Shown here piece after piece: positions 48,626 through 57,639 of a DNA stretch of 64,000 nucleotides. Below the pieces are notes generated by a model. It ran no database searches, was not told the origin of the DNA, and saw nothing but the letters and a program-made list of their open reading frames with translations. Origin of the DNA: Bacillota bacterium (GTDB taxonomy: Bacteria; Bacillota; Dethiobacteria; DTU022); assembly GCA_040751775.1 (NCBI GenBank), contig JBFMGD010000008.1:15431-79430 (forward strand), written 5' to 3'. A program made the position numbers and the translations under genes. Positions within the stretch are counted from its first letter, which is position 1. Every line of letters begins with the position of its first letter.

Positions 48626-49735
48626 ATGGGTATGACCCGTGAAATCAGTGTAGAACTGCAAAGTGTCAGCAAGCTATACGGCACGGATAAGGTGGTCGAT
48701 GAGGTCAGCCTGACCATTGAAAAGGGTGAAATCTTTGTCTTGATCGGCCCTTCCGGTTGTGGGAAAACCACCACTTTAAAGATGATCAATCAGCTGATAC
48801 CGCATACTTCCGGCCAAATACTGGTTAACGGGGTGGATGTGACGAAGCTCGACGCAGTCGAGCTTCGTCGCTCCATTGGCTATGTTATCCAGTATATTGG
48901 TCTGCTGCCTCACCTTACCATCCAGGAGAATATTACCTTTGTGCTCCAGCTGAAAAAATGCTCCAAAAAGGAGCAGAAAGAACGGGCCCACGAGTTGATT
49001 GAGACCGTGGGGCTTCCTGTTTCTTACCTGAAAAGGTACCCCCGGGAACTGAGCGGGGGGCAGCAGCAGCGGGTCGGTGTGGCCCGGGCCTTGGCCGCCA
49101 ACCCGGAGATCCTGCTGATGGATGAGCCTTTTGGCGCGGTAGATCCCCTTACCCGGGAACAGTTGCAAAATGAACTGCTGAGGCTGCAGGAAACCATTCA
49201 GAAGACCATTGTTTTCGTAACCCACGATATGCAGGAAGCTTTTAAAGTGGGCAACCGTATCGGAATACTGCGGCAGGGCAAACTGGTCTGCCTGGGAACG
49301 GCCATGGAGATCGTCAAGTCGGCAGACGAGTTTGTCCAGAACTTTATCGGTCAAGGCGCCCTTTTCGAGGTGTTGGATACTATCCCCATATCCAGGGTTA
49401 TGCAAAACAATGTCCCCTCCATATCGGAAAATGGAATTGTCAAGCGCGACGGTGATCAAATAAACGGATGGGAAAACGTGTTCGTGCTCGATGCTAAGGG
49501 CGCTTGCCTGGGACTCGTACCACTGGCAGAGTTGGGACCCGATGGGGCGGTATCGCCGGAGAAAATTCACCCGCTCCCCCCCGGTTACCCTCCCGGCATC
49601 TCAGTAAAACAAGCGGTGGAGAAGATGCTATGGGGCGGCCGGACATGGCTTCCGGTAGTTTCAGATGAAGGTCATTTCATGGGCATCGTCACGTTTCAAT
49701 CCTGCGCCGGACTGCTGTTTCAGGAGAGGAGGTAG
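48626..49735 (+). CDS. ABC transporter ATP-binding protein with C-terminal tandem CBS domains (OpuCA/OpuAA-like)
   Basis: GPSGCGKTT Walker A, LSGGQQQRV signature, Walker B LLMDEPFGAVD. CBS-type C-terminus. Confidence 0.85.
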   Translation: MGMTREISVELQSVSKLYGTDKVVDEVSLTIEKGEIFVLIGPSGCGKTTTLKMINQLIPHTSGQILVNGVDVTKLDAVELRRSIGYVIQYIGLLPHLTIQENITFVLQLKKCSKKEQKERAHELIETVGLPVSYLKRYPRELSGGQQQRVGVARALAANPEILLMDEPFGAVDPLTREQLQNELLRLQETIQKTIVFVTHDMQEAFKVGNRIGILRQGKLVCLGTAMEIVKSADEFVQNFIGQGALFEVLDTIPISRVMQNNVPSISENGIVKRDGDQINGWENVFVLDAKGACLGLVPLAELGPDGAVSPEKIHPLPPGYPPGISVKQAVEKMLWGGRTWLPVVSDEGHFMGIVTFQSCAGLLFQERR

Positions 49736-49738
49736 GGA

Positions 49739-50389
49739 ATGGCTTTATTTGCTGATGCCTGGGCCTATTTCACCCTCAAAAGAGAGTTCATGTTCCTGGT
49801 TCTTAAAGACCACGTTACACTGGTTCTCTGGGCAACCCTGTTTACTATCCTCATCGGCGTGCCCGTGGGCATCGTCATCGCCCGGACCAAACGATTAAAA
49901 GAGATCGTGCTCGGCTTTGTCGGCATTCTTTACACCATTCCCATCCTCGCCTTTTTCGGATTTCTTATTCCGATCATGGGCATCGGAACCAGGCCGGCCC
50001 TGGTGGCCCTGATCATATACGGTCTTTTGCCGGTTATCCGCAACACATGCGTCGGGATTAACCAGGTCCATCCGATGACCAAGGAAGCAGCCCTGGGTAT
50101 GGGGGCCAGCAGCCTGCAGCTGCTGTTCCGGGTAGAGATTCCGCTGGCCTTTCCGGTCATTTTTGCCGGAATCCGAACAGCCCTGGTGATGAATTTTTCC
50201 CTGGCTACCTATGCCGTTTTTATCGGGGCGGGGGGCATGGGTAGGATTATTATGCAGGGGATCCGCACCTATAACACCGGGATGCTGCTGGCTGGAATAT
50301 TACTGGTGGTCATTACCACGGTCTTATTGGACCGTTCCGTCGGCCGGGTAGACCATGGTATCCAAAAGCGTTTTAGCCTGGGAAAATAA
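49739..50389 (+). CDS. OpuC-type ABC transporter permease 2
   Basis: Paralogous to permease 1 (…LPVIRNTC[TV]GI…V[DH]P…KEAA[KL]GMGA[TS]S[FL]QLL[LF]RVE[LI]PLA[LF]PVI…). Confidence 0.8.
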   Translation: MALFADAWAYFTLKREFMFLVLKDHVTLVLWATLFTILIGVPVGIVIARTKRLKEIVLGFVGILYTIPILAFFGFLIPIMGIGTRPALVALIIYGLLPVIRNTCVGINQVHPMTKEAALGMGASSLQLLFRVEIPLAFPVIFAGIRTALVMNFSLATYAVFIGAGGMGRIIMQGIRTYNTGMLLAGILLVVITTVLLDRSVGRVDHGIQKRFSLGK

Positions 50390-50405
50390 TTGAGGAGGCT
50401 CTACG

Positions 50406-51404
50406 GTGAGCGAATATGTCCTGCACTATGTCGATGCCCACGTGGGAGGGGAGTCTTTGCGCCTCATTCTGCGGGGCCCGCAGCTCAAGGGAAGCACATT
50501 GTTGGAAAAAAGGGACCATATGATTAAAAATTATGATTTTATCCGTACCGCCATTGTGCTGGAGCCCCGGGGACATGACGACATGTACGGGGCGGTGGCG
50601 GTTGACCCCTGTCACCCCGGCGCAGACCTGGGTATTATCTTTATTGACGGCGCGTTTTATAACAACATGTGCGGCCACGGCTCCATTGCCATCGCCACCA
50701 TTGCCGTTGAACTAGGCCTGGTGCCGTCAAAAGAGCCGGTTACCGATGTGGTCTTGGAAACGGGAGCCGGCCTGGTAACCGTTCAGGTAGAGGTGAAAAA
50801 TGGTAGTGCCGGGGAAGCCGCCTTAAAGGGTGTGCCTTCCTTCCTCTACCGTGCCGGCCAGTCCATTCAGCTGCCGGGGCAAACCGTATCGGTGGATATC
50901 GGTTTCGGGGGCAACTTTTTCGTCATCGTCGAAATGGACCACCTGGGCCTTAAGCACTCTAAAGAAAATATCCCGGATTTTATCCGCTACGGGCTGGCCA
51001 TTCGGGAAGCAGTCAACCAAAATATTCCCGTCGCCCACCCTGAAAAACCGTACATTAACTCCGTTGAAGATATCCTCTTTGTTAAAGAACCGGACTTTCC
51101 CGGCGATACCCATAAAAGCCTGGTCGTCCTGGGGCATGCCATGGTGGACCGCTCCCCCTGTGGAACCGGGACCTGCGCCCGCATGGCCATGCTTTATGCC
51201 GGGGGAAAGCTCGGAAAGGGAACCCCTTTTTATCACGAAAGTATCACCGGCGCACTCTTTGAAGGGATGGTATTGGGTGAGACCGCAGTGGGAGATTTCC
51301 CGGCCGTACTCCCCCAAGTGAAAGGGCGGGCTTTTATTACCGGGATCGGAAATCTGTTGATTAACTCCGCCGACCCCCTCAAGTACGGCTTTTCGCTTCG
51401 CTAA
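50406..51404 (+). CDS. Proline racemase / 4-hydroxyproline epimerase family enzyme (both catalytic cysteines present)
   Basis: GTG start after GAGGAGG. NMCGHGS (first Cys) and DRSPCGTGTCARMA (second Cys) are conserved. Confidence 0.8.
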   Translation: MSEYVLHYVDAHVGGESLRLILRGPQLKGSTLLEKRDHMIKNYDFIRTAIVLEPRGHDDMYGAVAVDPCHPGADLGIIFIDGAFYNNMCGHGSIAIATIAVELGLVPSKEPVTDVVLETGAGLVTVQVEVKNGSAGEAALKGVPSFLYRAGQSIQLPGQTVSVDIGFGGNFFVIVEMDHLGLKHSKENIPDFIRYGLAIREAVNQNIPVAHPEKPYINSVEDILFVKEPDFPGDTHKSLVVLGHAMVDRSPCGTGTCARMAMLYAGGKLGKGTPFYHESITGALFEGMVLGETAVGDFPAVLPQVKGRAFITGIGNLLINSADPLKYGFSLR

Positions 51405-51444
51405 ATTAAATTGATGTTTCGCTGAAAGAAGAGGCAGGGTTAAG

Positions 51445-52872
51445 ATGACAACTCGAAAGCTATCACCATTGAAGCTCTTAATGGAAGGAGACCTGACGCG
51501 GATTCATGATGCGTCGGTTAAGGTTCTTGAAGAGACTGGGATGGTGTTTCAAAAACGGGAAGCTTTGGAGATATTTAAAAAACACGGAGCCAAAGTTTCC
51601 GGTAATACAGTCTATATCCCCCGGAAAATGATTGAAAATGCATTGGCCCAGTGCCCCAGAACTGTGAAATGGCGGGCGAGGAATGAAGAGAAATCCATCG
51701 AAGTGGGAAGAGGATTTCATGTTCAGGCGGGCGGAGGATCCGTCTATATCCAGGATGCTGACCATGGCCGCCGGAAGAGTAAGTTGGTGGATTTCACCAA
51801 CATGCAAAAGCTTTACCAGTCCAGCGACGTCATCGATGTAGTTGGGTTCACCCCGGTGGACGCAAGCGACTTAAATCCGGAGTGCAAGCACCTGCATATG
51901 CAACACGCGATCCTGTTTAATACGGATAAGCCGATTCACGGACATGTATGTGGTGGGAAAAAAGCGGGCCAAATGTTGGATATGGCCGAAATCGCCTTTG
52001 GCGAAGAGGGTTTGATGAAGAATCACCACGTGATGGGGCTTTCCATAAATACCATTTCCCCCTTAGGTTTCGGCGAAGAACAAATCGATACCCTGATGGA
52101 ATATGTCAGCCGGAATCAGATTATTATTGCTGCTCCTTTGGCGATCGGCGGAGTAAGCGCGCCTTTGAGTCACGTGGGGATGACGGTCCTGGTGAACGCG
52201 GAAATCCTGGCCATGATCGTTCTGGTGCAGTTGCTCAATCCGGGAAACCCGATCATTACTGGGCCTTCTTCATCATTTGCCGACATGAAGACAGGCGCTT
52301 ACTGCGCGGCTTCACCCGACGGGATGCTGCATCTCATCACCCATATTCAATTAAGCCGGGATCTTTACCGCCTTCCTACCCGCGTGCTCGGCGGTGCCTG
52401 TGATTCCAAGGCAGTTGACGCCCAGGCCGGATTCGAGACCATGCAGAACCTGATGCTGAGCATCTTTGCCGGTTCCGATATGATTGCCCATGCCAGCGGG
52501 GTGTTGGATGGGCTCATGACCATATCCTACGAGAAGATGATTATTGACGAAGAACTGGTTCGCAGGGCAAGATATTTAATCACGCGACCGGTGGAAGTAT
52601 CAGACCGGGAGCTGTCAGTTGATGTAATCGGCGAAGTGAGTCCCGGAGGCAGCTATCTTTTGCATCACAGCGTCTACGAAAAATGCCGGGATCTGTTCCA
52701 GCCGGGGGTATCAGGATGCTCCAATTTCGGGGAGCAGCAGGGCAGCAGTGATATCATGATGCAGGCCAACAAGACCTTCAAGGATCGGTTGGCGAAGGCG
52801 CCGGAAACGCTCCTTGATCCGGTGGTGGACCTGGAATTAAGGTCTTACATGGATCGCTTAATGAACAGTTAA
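51445..52872 (+). CDS. MttB-superfamily (non-pyrrolysine) methyltransferase homologue 2
   Basis: …LTRIHDASVKVLEETGMVFQKREALEIFKKHGAKVSGNTVYIPRKMIENAL… is the MttB-family N-terminus. Uninterrupted frame. Confidence 0.8.
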   Translation: MTTRKLSPLKLLMEGDLTRIHDASVKVLEETGMVFQKREALEIFKKHGAKVSGNTVYIPRKMIENALAQCPRTVKWRARNEEKSIEVGRGFHVQAGGGSVYIQDADHGRRKSKLVDFTNMQKLYQSSDVIDVVGFTPVDASDLNPECKHLHMQHAILFNTDKPIHGHVCGGKKAGQMLDMAEIAFGEEGLMKNHHVMGLSINTISPLGFGEEQIDTLMEYVSRNQIIIAAPLAIGGVSAPLSHVGMTVLVNAEILAMIVLVQLLNPGNPIITGPSSSFADMKTGAYCAASPDGMLHLITHIQLSRDLYRLPTRVLGGACDSKAVDAQAGFETMQNLMLSIFAGSDMIAHASGVLDGLMTISYEKMIIDEELVRRARYLITRPVEVSDRELSVDVIGEVSPGGSYLLHHSVYEKCRDLFQPGVSGCSNFGEQQGSSDIMMQANKTFKDRLAKAPETLLDPVVDLELRSYMDRLMNS

Positions 52873-52883
52873 CCAGCCGGATT

Positions 52884-54317
52884 TTACAGCACATTCTCCG
52901 GATTCCAAATGCCAATGGAATCATAGGTGTCTTTTAGTTTTTGCAACTCCCTGATATACTCGCCGGGGGCCATCTTCAGGAACATCGTTTTTTTCAATTT
53001 CCCTATGCCGTGCTGCGTTTCAATTTTCCCTTCTTTGCCTGCGAACTCTTCCGCCCATTGCTCCAGCAAATACCGGCCTTTTTCATATTGAAGATAATTT
53101 ACGGGCAGCAGATTTACATGGAGACGATTTTCGCCGATGTGGCCGAAAATTGATGCTTTTAGCCCTGCCGCCGCCAGGTCCGTCTCGTATTTGGTAATCG
53201 CCGCCGGCAAGTCAATATTCTCCAGGCCTATGTACGATTCCAACTTGGTTAGGCGCGGCTCCTCCTGTCTTACTCTTTCCGTAAATAGATTGGCGCACTC
53301 GGCTGCCGCATGGCGAAAAGCTCTCAGCTTTTCAACCTCTGCCTCCCCGGCGACCGCCCAGGCCCGGTCCGGGTCGCTGTTTGACCTCAGGGCCAGGTCC
53401 ATTAACATTTCAGCTATCTCTTCAACGGCCTCCTCCTGCCGGTTGTGAAATTCAAGGTAAATTGATGCGGTAACCGTCGAATCGATCTCCGGGATATGTT
53501 TTAAACTTGTAAACCCTGCTTTTCTCTCCCGGATCAGCTCTAGGGTTGCTCCGTCGATATATTCCGCCGCGGCAAGGCCTGCGCTCTCCAGCTGCAAATC
53601 CGCTGCGACTAGGTAATCAGCAAAGGCAAACAGCGCTTCTTTCTCTTCAAAAAAAAAGGTGAAGCCCCATATTTCCTTGGGCTTCGGCTGCAGCTTTAAG
53701 GTAAGCTCCGTGAAGATGCCGAACAACCCCTCGCCGCCCAGGAACAGGTCCAGTAAATCTATATGGCCCCCAGGGAAAGGGATCAGGGTCTTGCCCCGCT
53801 GTAGTTCCAGCACGGCCCCGCTGGAGAGGGCTATTTTAGCCCCTGCAACATACTCCCTGGCTTCCCCGTACCGGCGGGAGCAGGGTCCCCTGGCGTTGCA
53901 CGAGGCGACGCCTCCCGCGGTCGCGGAACTTTCAGTGGGGTCGGGCGGCCAGCACAGCTCCTCTTCATATCTCAGCATTTTCAACTCTCGATTCAGTTCC
54001 CGCAGGGTAATGCCCGGTTCAACTTTAAGCAGGGTCTCCCCCCGGCCGGTGCTGATGAAGCGTTTGACCCGGTTCATTTTCGACAGGTTGAGGATATGGC
54101 CTCCCGGTGGAACCGCCCCTCCGGCAATACCGGTTTTGCCACCCTGGATGGTAATGGGGACATTTTTCTCCCTCATCCGGGCTACAATTTCTGCGATCTC
54201 CGGCTCAGACTGGGGAAAAGATATGCTTGCGGCTGTTCCGGCCAGCTTTGATTCGTCGGTTAAATAGTCGCGGTATTTTTCTGCCAACGGGAAGATTAAC
54301 GATCCCGCCATAAGCAT
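52884..54317 (-). CDS. FAD-binding PCMH-type oxidase (GlcD/D-lactate-dehydrogenase-like) 2
   Basis: FAD_binding_4 region (…PITIQGGKTGIAGGAVPPGGHILNLSKMNRV…). Adjacent to etfA. Confidence 0.75.
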   Translation of the reverse strand: MLMAGSLIFPLAEKYRDYLTDESKLAGTAASISFPQSEPEIAEIVARMREKNVPITIQGGKTGIAGGAVPPGGHILNLSKMNRVKRFISTGRGETLLKVEPGITLRELNRELKMLRYEEELCWPPDPTESSATAGGVASCNARGPCSRRYGEAREYVAGAKIALSSGAVLELQRGKTLIPFPGGHIDLLDLFLGGEGLFGIFTELTLKLQPKPKEIWGFTFFFEEKEALFAFADYLVAADLQLESAGLAAAEYIDGATLELIRERKAGFTSLKHIPEIDSTVTASIYLEFHNRQEEAVEEIAEMLMDLALRSNSDPDRAWAVAGEAEVEKLRAFRHAAAECANLFTERVRQEEPRLTKLESYIGLENIDLPAAITKYETDLAAAGLKASIFGHIGENRLHVNLLPVNYLQYEKGRYLLEQWAEEFAGKEGKIETQHGIGKLKKTMFLKMAPGEYIRELQKLKDTYDSIGIWNPENVL

Positions 54318-54331
54318 CTCCCCTCCTTTAA

Positions 54332-55297
54332 TCAGCGCTTTTTATCCCGGATAAGCAGCTTTACCAACTCATCCAGGACCGGTTCATAATCATCAATAAC
54401 AGCCACATCCGCAGCCTGCACCAGGGGGGCCCCTTCATCGGTATTGATGGCGATGATCCGTTCGCTTTGCTCGATGCCGGCAAAAAAAGCGGCGGCTCCT
54501 GATACACCGGCGGCGATACACAACCGGGGTTTGGTGATGGCACCGGATACCCCGACCAGCCGGTGCAGCGGAGTCCAGGCGCTCATGGCCACCGGCCGGC
54601 TTACTCCCAGCTCTGCACCGATTACCCCGGCGACCTCTTTGAGACGGCCGGCTTTTTCCTTGCTTTTTACGCCCCTGCCGGCCACCAGGATAAATTGAGC
54701 CTGCTCCAGGCCGCCGCCGGTTTCCGCTTCTGTAAATTGATAATCTTCGCCGCATCCCTCTTTTGCAAAGCCGGCCATATCCACTTCCGATATCTCTTGA
54801 ATGTTTTTTCTGGTGGAAGATTGAACAGCGGCTGAGCCTTTGGCAATGGAGAGGCAAAAAGGTTTTTTACGAAGCAGAAACTTGCCCTGCAGGTAATTGG
54901 CGTAAACCGCCTTGTAACAGATGAACTGATTTTCCACCAACTCCAGCTTATTGACAGCCACCAAGGAACTTCCCCCCATCCGGTAGGCGAACCGGACCGC
55001 CATTTCGCTGCCGAAAAAGTTGCCGGGGAATAGATATAAATCTGCAACCCGGTCCCGCTCCAGCGTTGTCAAGATCTCCAGGGCGCTTTCCGGGTAATGC
55101 CTTTTAACCTTGACCATCTTGAGAGAGGAGGTCGGCGAGTGGGCGATTAAATCTTGTTTCCGGCTATCGTTGCTGTAAAAAATGATGCTGTTGCCCGCCG
55201 TAGGCCCCTCCGGGCAAGCGTCCAGGAAGCCCCGGACCTCTCCTGCCTGGGAGTGAAAGTCCCCTGAACAGCCGTTTAAAACCGCCGTACATTTCAT
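54332..55297 (-). CDS. etfA: Electron-transfer flavoprotein alpha subunit
   Basis: C-terminal …CIAAGVSGAAAFFAGIEQSERIIAINTDEGAPLVQAADVAVIDD…. Start placed at MKCTAV, giving an ATGA overlap with etfB. Confidence 0.8.
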   Translation of the reverse strand: MKCTAVLNGCSGDFHSQAGEVRGFLDACPEGPTAGNSIIFYSNDSRKQDLIAHSPTSSLKMVKVKRHYPESALEILTTLERDRVADLYLFPGNFFGSEMAVRFAYRMGGSSLVAVNKLELVENQFICYKAVYANYLQGKFLLRKKPFCLSIAKGSAAVQSSTRKNIQEISEVDMAGFAKEGCGEDYQFTEAETGGGLEQAQFILVAGRGVKSKEKAGRLKEVAGVIGAELGVSRPVAMSAWTPLHRLVGVSGAITKPRLCIAAGVSGAAAFFAGIEQSERIIAINTDEGAPLVQAADVAVIDDYEPVLDELVKLLIRDKKR

Positions 55298-56106
55298 AAC
55301 TGCTCCAACCACTCTTTCAGATACGCATCGTAGAGGGCCCTGGCTTTTTCAGCCGGGGTGGCCCCCTGGACAATTACCCCTTCCCTGTTGCGGTCGATTA
55401 GCGCCAACCCCTGCAGTTCACAACCGGTATCGAAGCAATTAAAAATACCCTGGAGGCCAAACTGCTCCAGGTCCATAACCTCGATCTCTTTTTTTCCGCA
55501 GGCGTATTTTTCCTTGAGGGTCGGCACTCTCAGGTAAGCGTTCGGCACATTCCCCACGGCCAGGACGCAGGGGGTTCTGACTGTCTGTTGCACCAGGCCG
55601 CCGTCCACCATGGCTGTAACCTTGAGACGGCTTGCTTCGCCGGGCTCCACTCTGGTGACCTGGGTAATACACGGCCACTTGAGCATTTCGGCCGCCAGCA
55701 GGGGTGTCTTGGCGTTGTCGCCCACGCCGCTTTGCCGGCCCATGATCAGTAAATCCTGTTTGCCGTAAAGTTCCACGTAACGGCATATTACCGAGGCTAC
55801 AGCCTCCGGTGAAAACCTGGCCTCAACACTGTTTTCAATTCTTACCGCCTTGGCAAATTGCAAGGCGTATAAAGTTTTTAAATAGATATCCGCCTTCTCG
55901 TCGCCGATGGTTAGCGCCGTGAGGTTAACGCTCTGACCGGCGCTTTCGGAAAACCGCAAAGCCATTTCAAGAGCACTTTCATCATAGGCATTGAGAATTG
56001 TTTTCGCATAGCCGGTCTCCACCCGTAAGAGACTGTCTATAAACCAGTCGCTTCCGGCGAGCTGATCCAGGTCGGGGACCACTTTGAAACATACCAGTAT
56101 ATCCAT
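55294..56106 (-). CDS. etfB: Electron-transfer flavoprotein beta subunit
   Basis: MDILVCFKVVPDLDQL… is an EtfB N-terminus. Confidence 0.8.
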   Translation of the reverse strand: MDILVCFKVVPDLDQLAGSDWFIDSLLRVETGYAKTILNAYDESALEMALRFSESAGQSVNLTALTIGDEKADIYLKTLYALQFAKAVRIENSVEARFSPEAVASVICRYVELYGKQDLLIMGRQSGVGDNAKTPLLAAEMLKWPCITQVTRVEPGEASRLKVTAMVDGGLVQQTVRTPCVLAVGNVPNAYLRVPTLKEKYACGKKEIEVMDLEQFGLQGIFNCFDTGCELQGLALIDRNREGVIVQGATPAEKARALYDAYLKEWLEQL

Positions 56107-56108
56107 GA

Positions 56109-57551
56109 TTACCGCCTCGGAAAGATCGTTCCCCTGTTCATGATCCCGTTGGGATCAAAAGCTTTTTTCAAGGTTTCCACGATGTAGTACGAAGAGCCGT
56201 ACTCGTCCTTGATCCAGGGGGTCCGGTGTTTGCCGACTCCATGGTGGTGGCACATGGAGCCCCCGGCCTTGATGGTTTCTTCCACGATAATTTTCTTGAT
56301 GGGCAGGTGATACTTGGTAATCTCTTCTTCCGGCTTGCAGTCGACGACATTGTAGTAGTGGACAAAGTACATGTTAGTGCCGTTCAGATAGCTGTGGGAG
56401 GAATGGCCGCCGATCAGGGTGATATCGGGTATTTCATTGCGGATCCTTTCAACGCAAATCTCATAGATGTCATTGATGATCCCCCAGTTGGCCGATATCT
56501 CGGTGGTGTTGCCGATATTTTTCGTTTCCACGATTTCAGCTCTTTCCTCGGCAACCTTGGAAACATCCCAGTTCAAATTGTTGAACCATACCTGGATATA
56601 TTTCGGGTCAACTTTTTGACATTCTTCGGATTGGGCCACGATCTCTTCAATGGCGCGGCCGGTGGCATCGGCGAGGGGTTTGGGGCCCTCGGCCATAAAG
56701 ATGAGCACGCATTTGTTCCCGGCGAAATGGGAGAAATGGTAGGCTCCGTCTTCCGGATCGTAAAGGCGGGCCACGGAAGGCCTGTAGCCGTTGGCCATTA
56801 CTTCCCGCAGGAGTTCAAAACCTGTTTTCATCCTGTCCAGGGTGTAACCCAGGAGAATGATATTTTCCGGCATAAATTTAAAGATTTTTACCGTCACCTC
56901 GGTGATATAGCAGATCGCCCCTTCGTTGCCGATGATGACGTGCCTGATATCGGGACCCGCCGCTCTGCGGGGTACATTCTTGATTCTCGTAATTTCGCCG
57001 TTGGGGAAGACCGCTTCCAGACCCACCACCATCTCTTCGATTCCGCCGTAGAGGGTTGAAAACTGGCCGATACTCCTGGTGGCAACCAGGCCGCCCATTT
57101 GCGCCAGGGGTTTGGACTGGGGGGAATGGCCCGTGGTATATCCCTGTTCCCGCAACCGGTCCTCCAGAACCTGAAGGGGTGTGCCGCACTGGCAGGTGGC
57201 CTGCATGTTATAGGTGTCTATCTGGATAATTTGATTCATTCTAGAACCATCAACGACGAGTGAATTTTCCACGGCGGTCTCCAGGCCGCCTTCCGTTGCC
57301 GAATGACCGGTACGCGGTACGACGTTGATCCGGTGCTCGTTGGCAAATTTTAAAACAGCCGACACCTCAGCCGTACTGTGTACATAAACCACCGCTGCCG
57401 GTATTGGCTGGGTGTAGACGCCGTGCAGCTCCTCAAACCTTCTGAACCGGTCCACGCTGCTTTCTTTTAAAACCTGCTCGTCGGTAATGACCTGATCCTC
57501 TCCCAGGATTTCCATCATCTTCTCCACGATTTGCTCCCTTGCCATCGGCAT
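56109..57551 (-). CDS. FAD-binding PCMH-type oxidase (GlcD-like) 1
   Basis: …NVVPRTGHSATEGGLETAVENSLVVDGSRMNQI… FAD_binding_4. C-terminal HHHGVGKHR oxidase C-terminal motif. Confidence 0.75.
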   Translation of the reverse strand: MPMAREQIVEKMMEILGEDQVITDEQVLKESSVDRFRRFEELHGVYTQPIPAAVVYVHSTAEVSAVLKFANEHRINVVPRTGHSATEGGLETAVENSLVVDGSRMNQIIQIDTYNMQATCQCGTPLQVLEDRLREQGYTTGHSPQSKPLAQMGGLVATRSIGQFSTLYGGIEEMVVGLEAVFPNGEITRIKNVPRRAAGPDIRHVIIGNEGAICYITEVTVKIFKFMPENIILLGYTLDRMKTGFELLREVMANGYRPSVARLYDPEDGAYHFSHFAGNKCVLIFMAEGPKPLADATGRAIEEIVAQSEECQKVDPKYIQVWFNNLNWDVSKVAEERAEIVETKNIGNTTEISANWGIINDIYEICVERIRNEIPDITLIGGHSSHSYLNGTNMYFVHYYNVVDCKPEEEITKYHLPIKKIIVEETIKAGGSMCHHHGVGKHRTPWIKDEYGSSYYIVETLKKAFDPNGIMNRGTIFPRR

Positions 57552-57639
57552 AACGCTAAGCTCCTTTGCTTTTATTATTTCAGGGCCGCTCGGCTCCAGC
57601 GCACTCCAGGCGGCCGGCCGCCTTTTAGACTATATTAGA

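Noticed and set aside
51948-52403. 151-aa ORF (+) and other small ORFs inside the MttB-2, FAD-oxidase and Etf genes (e.g. 53137–53448, 53659–54267, 54435–54857, 56226–57059)
   Set aside because: Out-of-frame or antisense shadows of strongly supported genes with no motifs.
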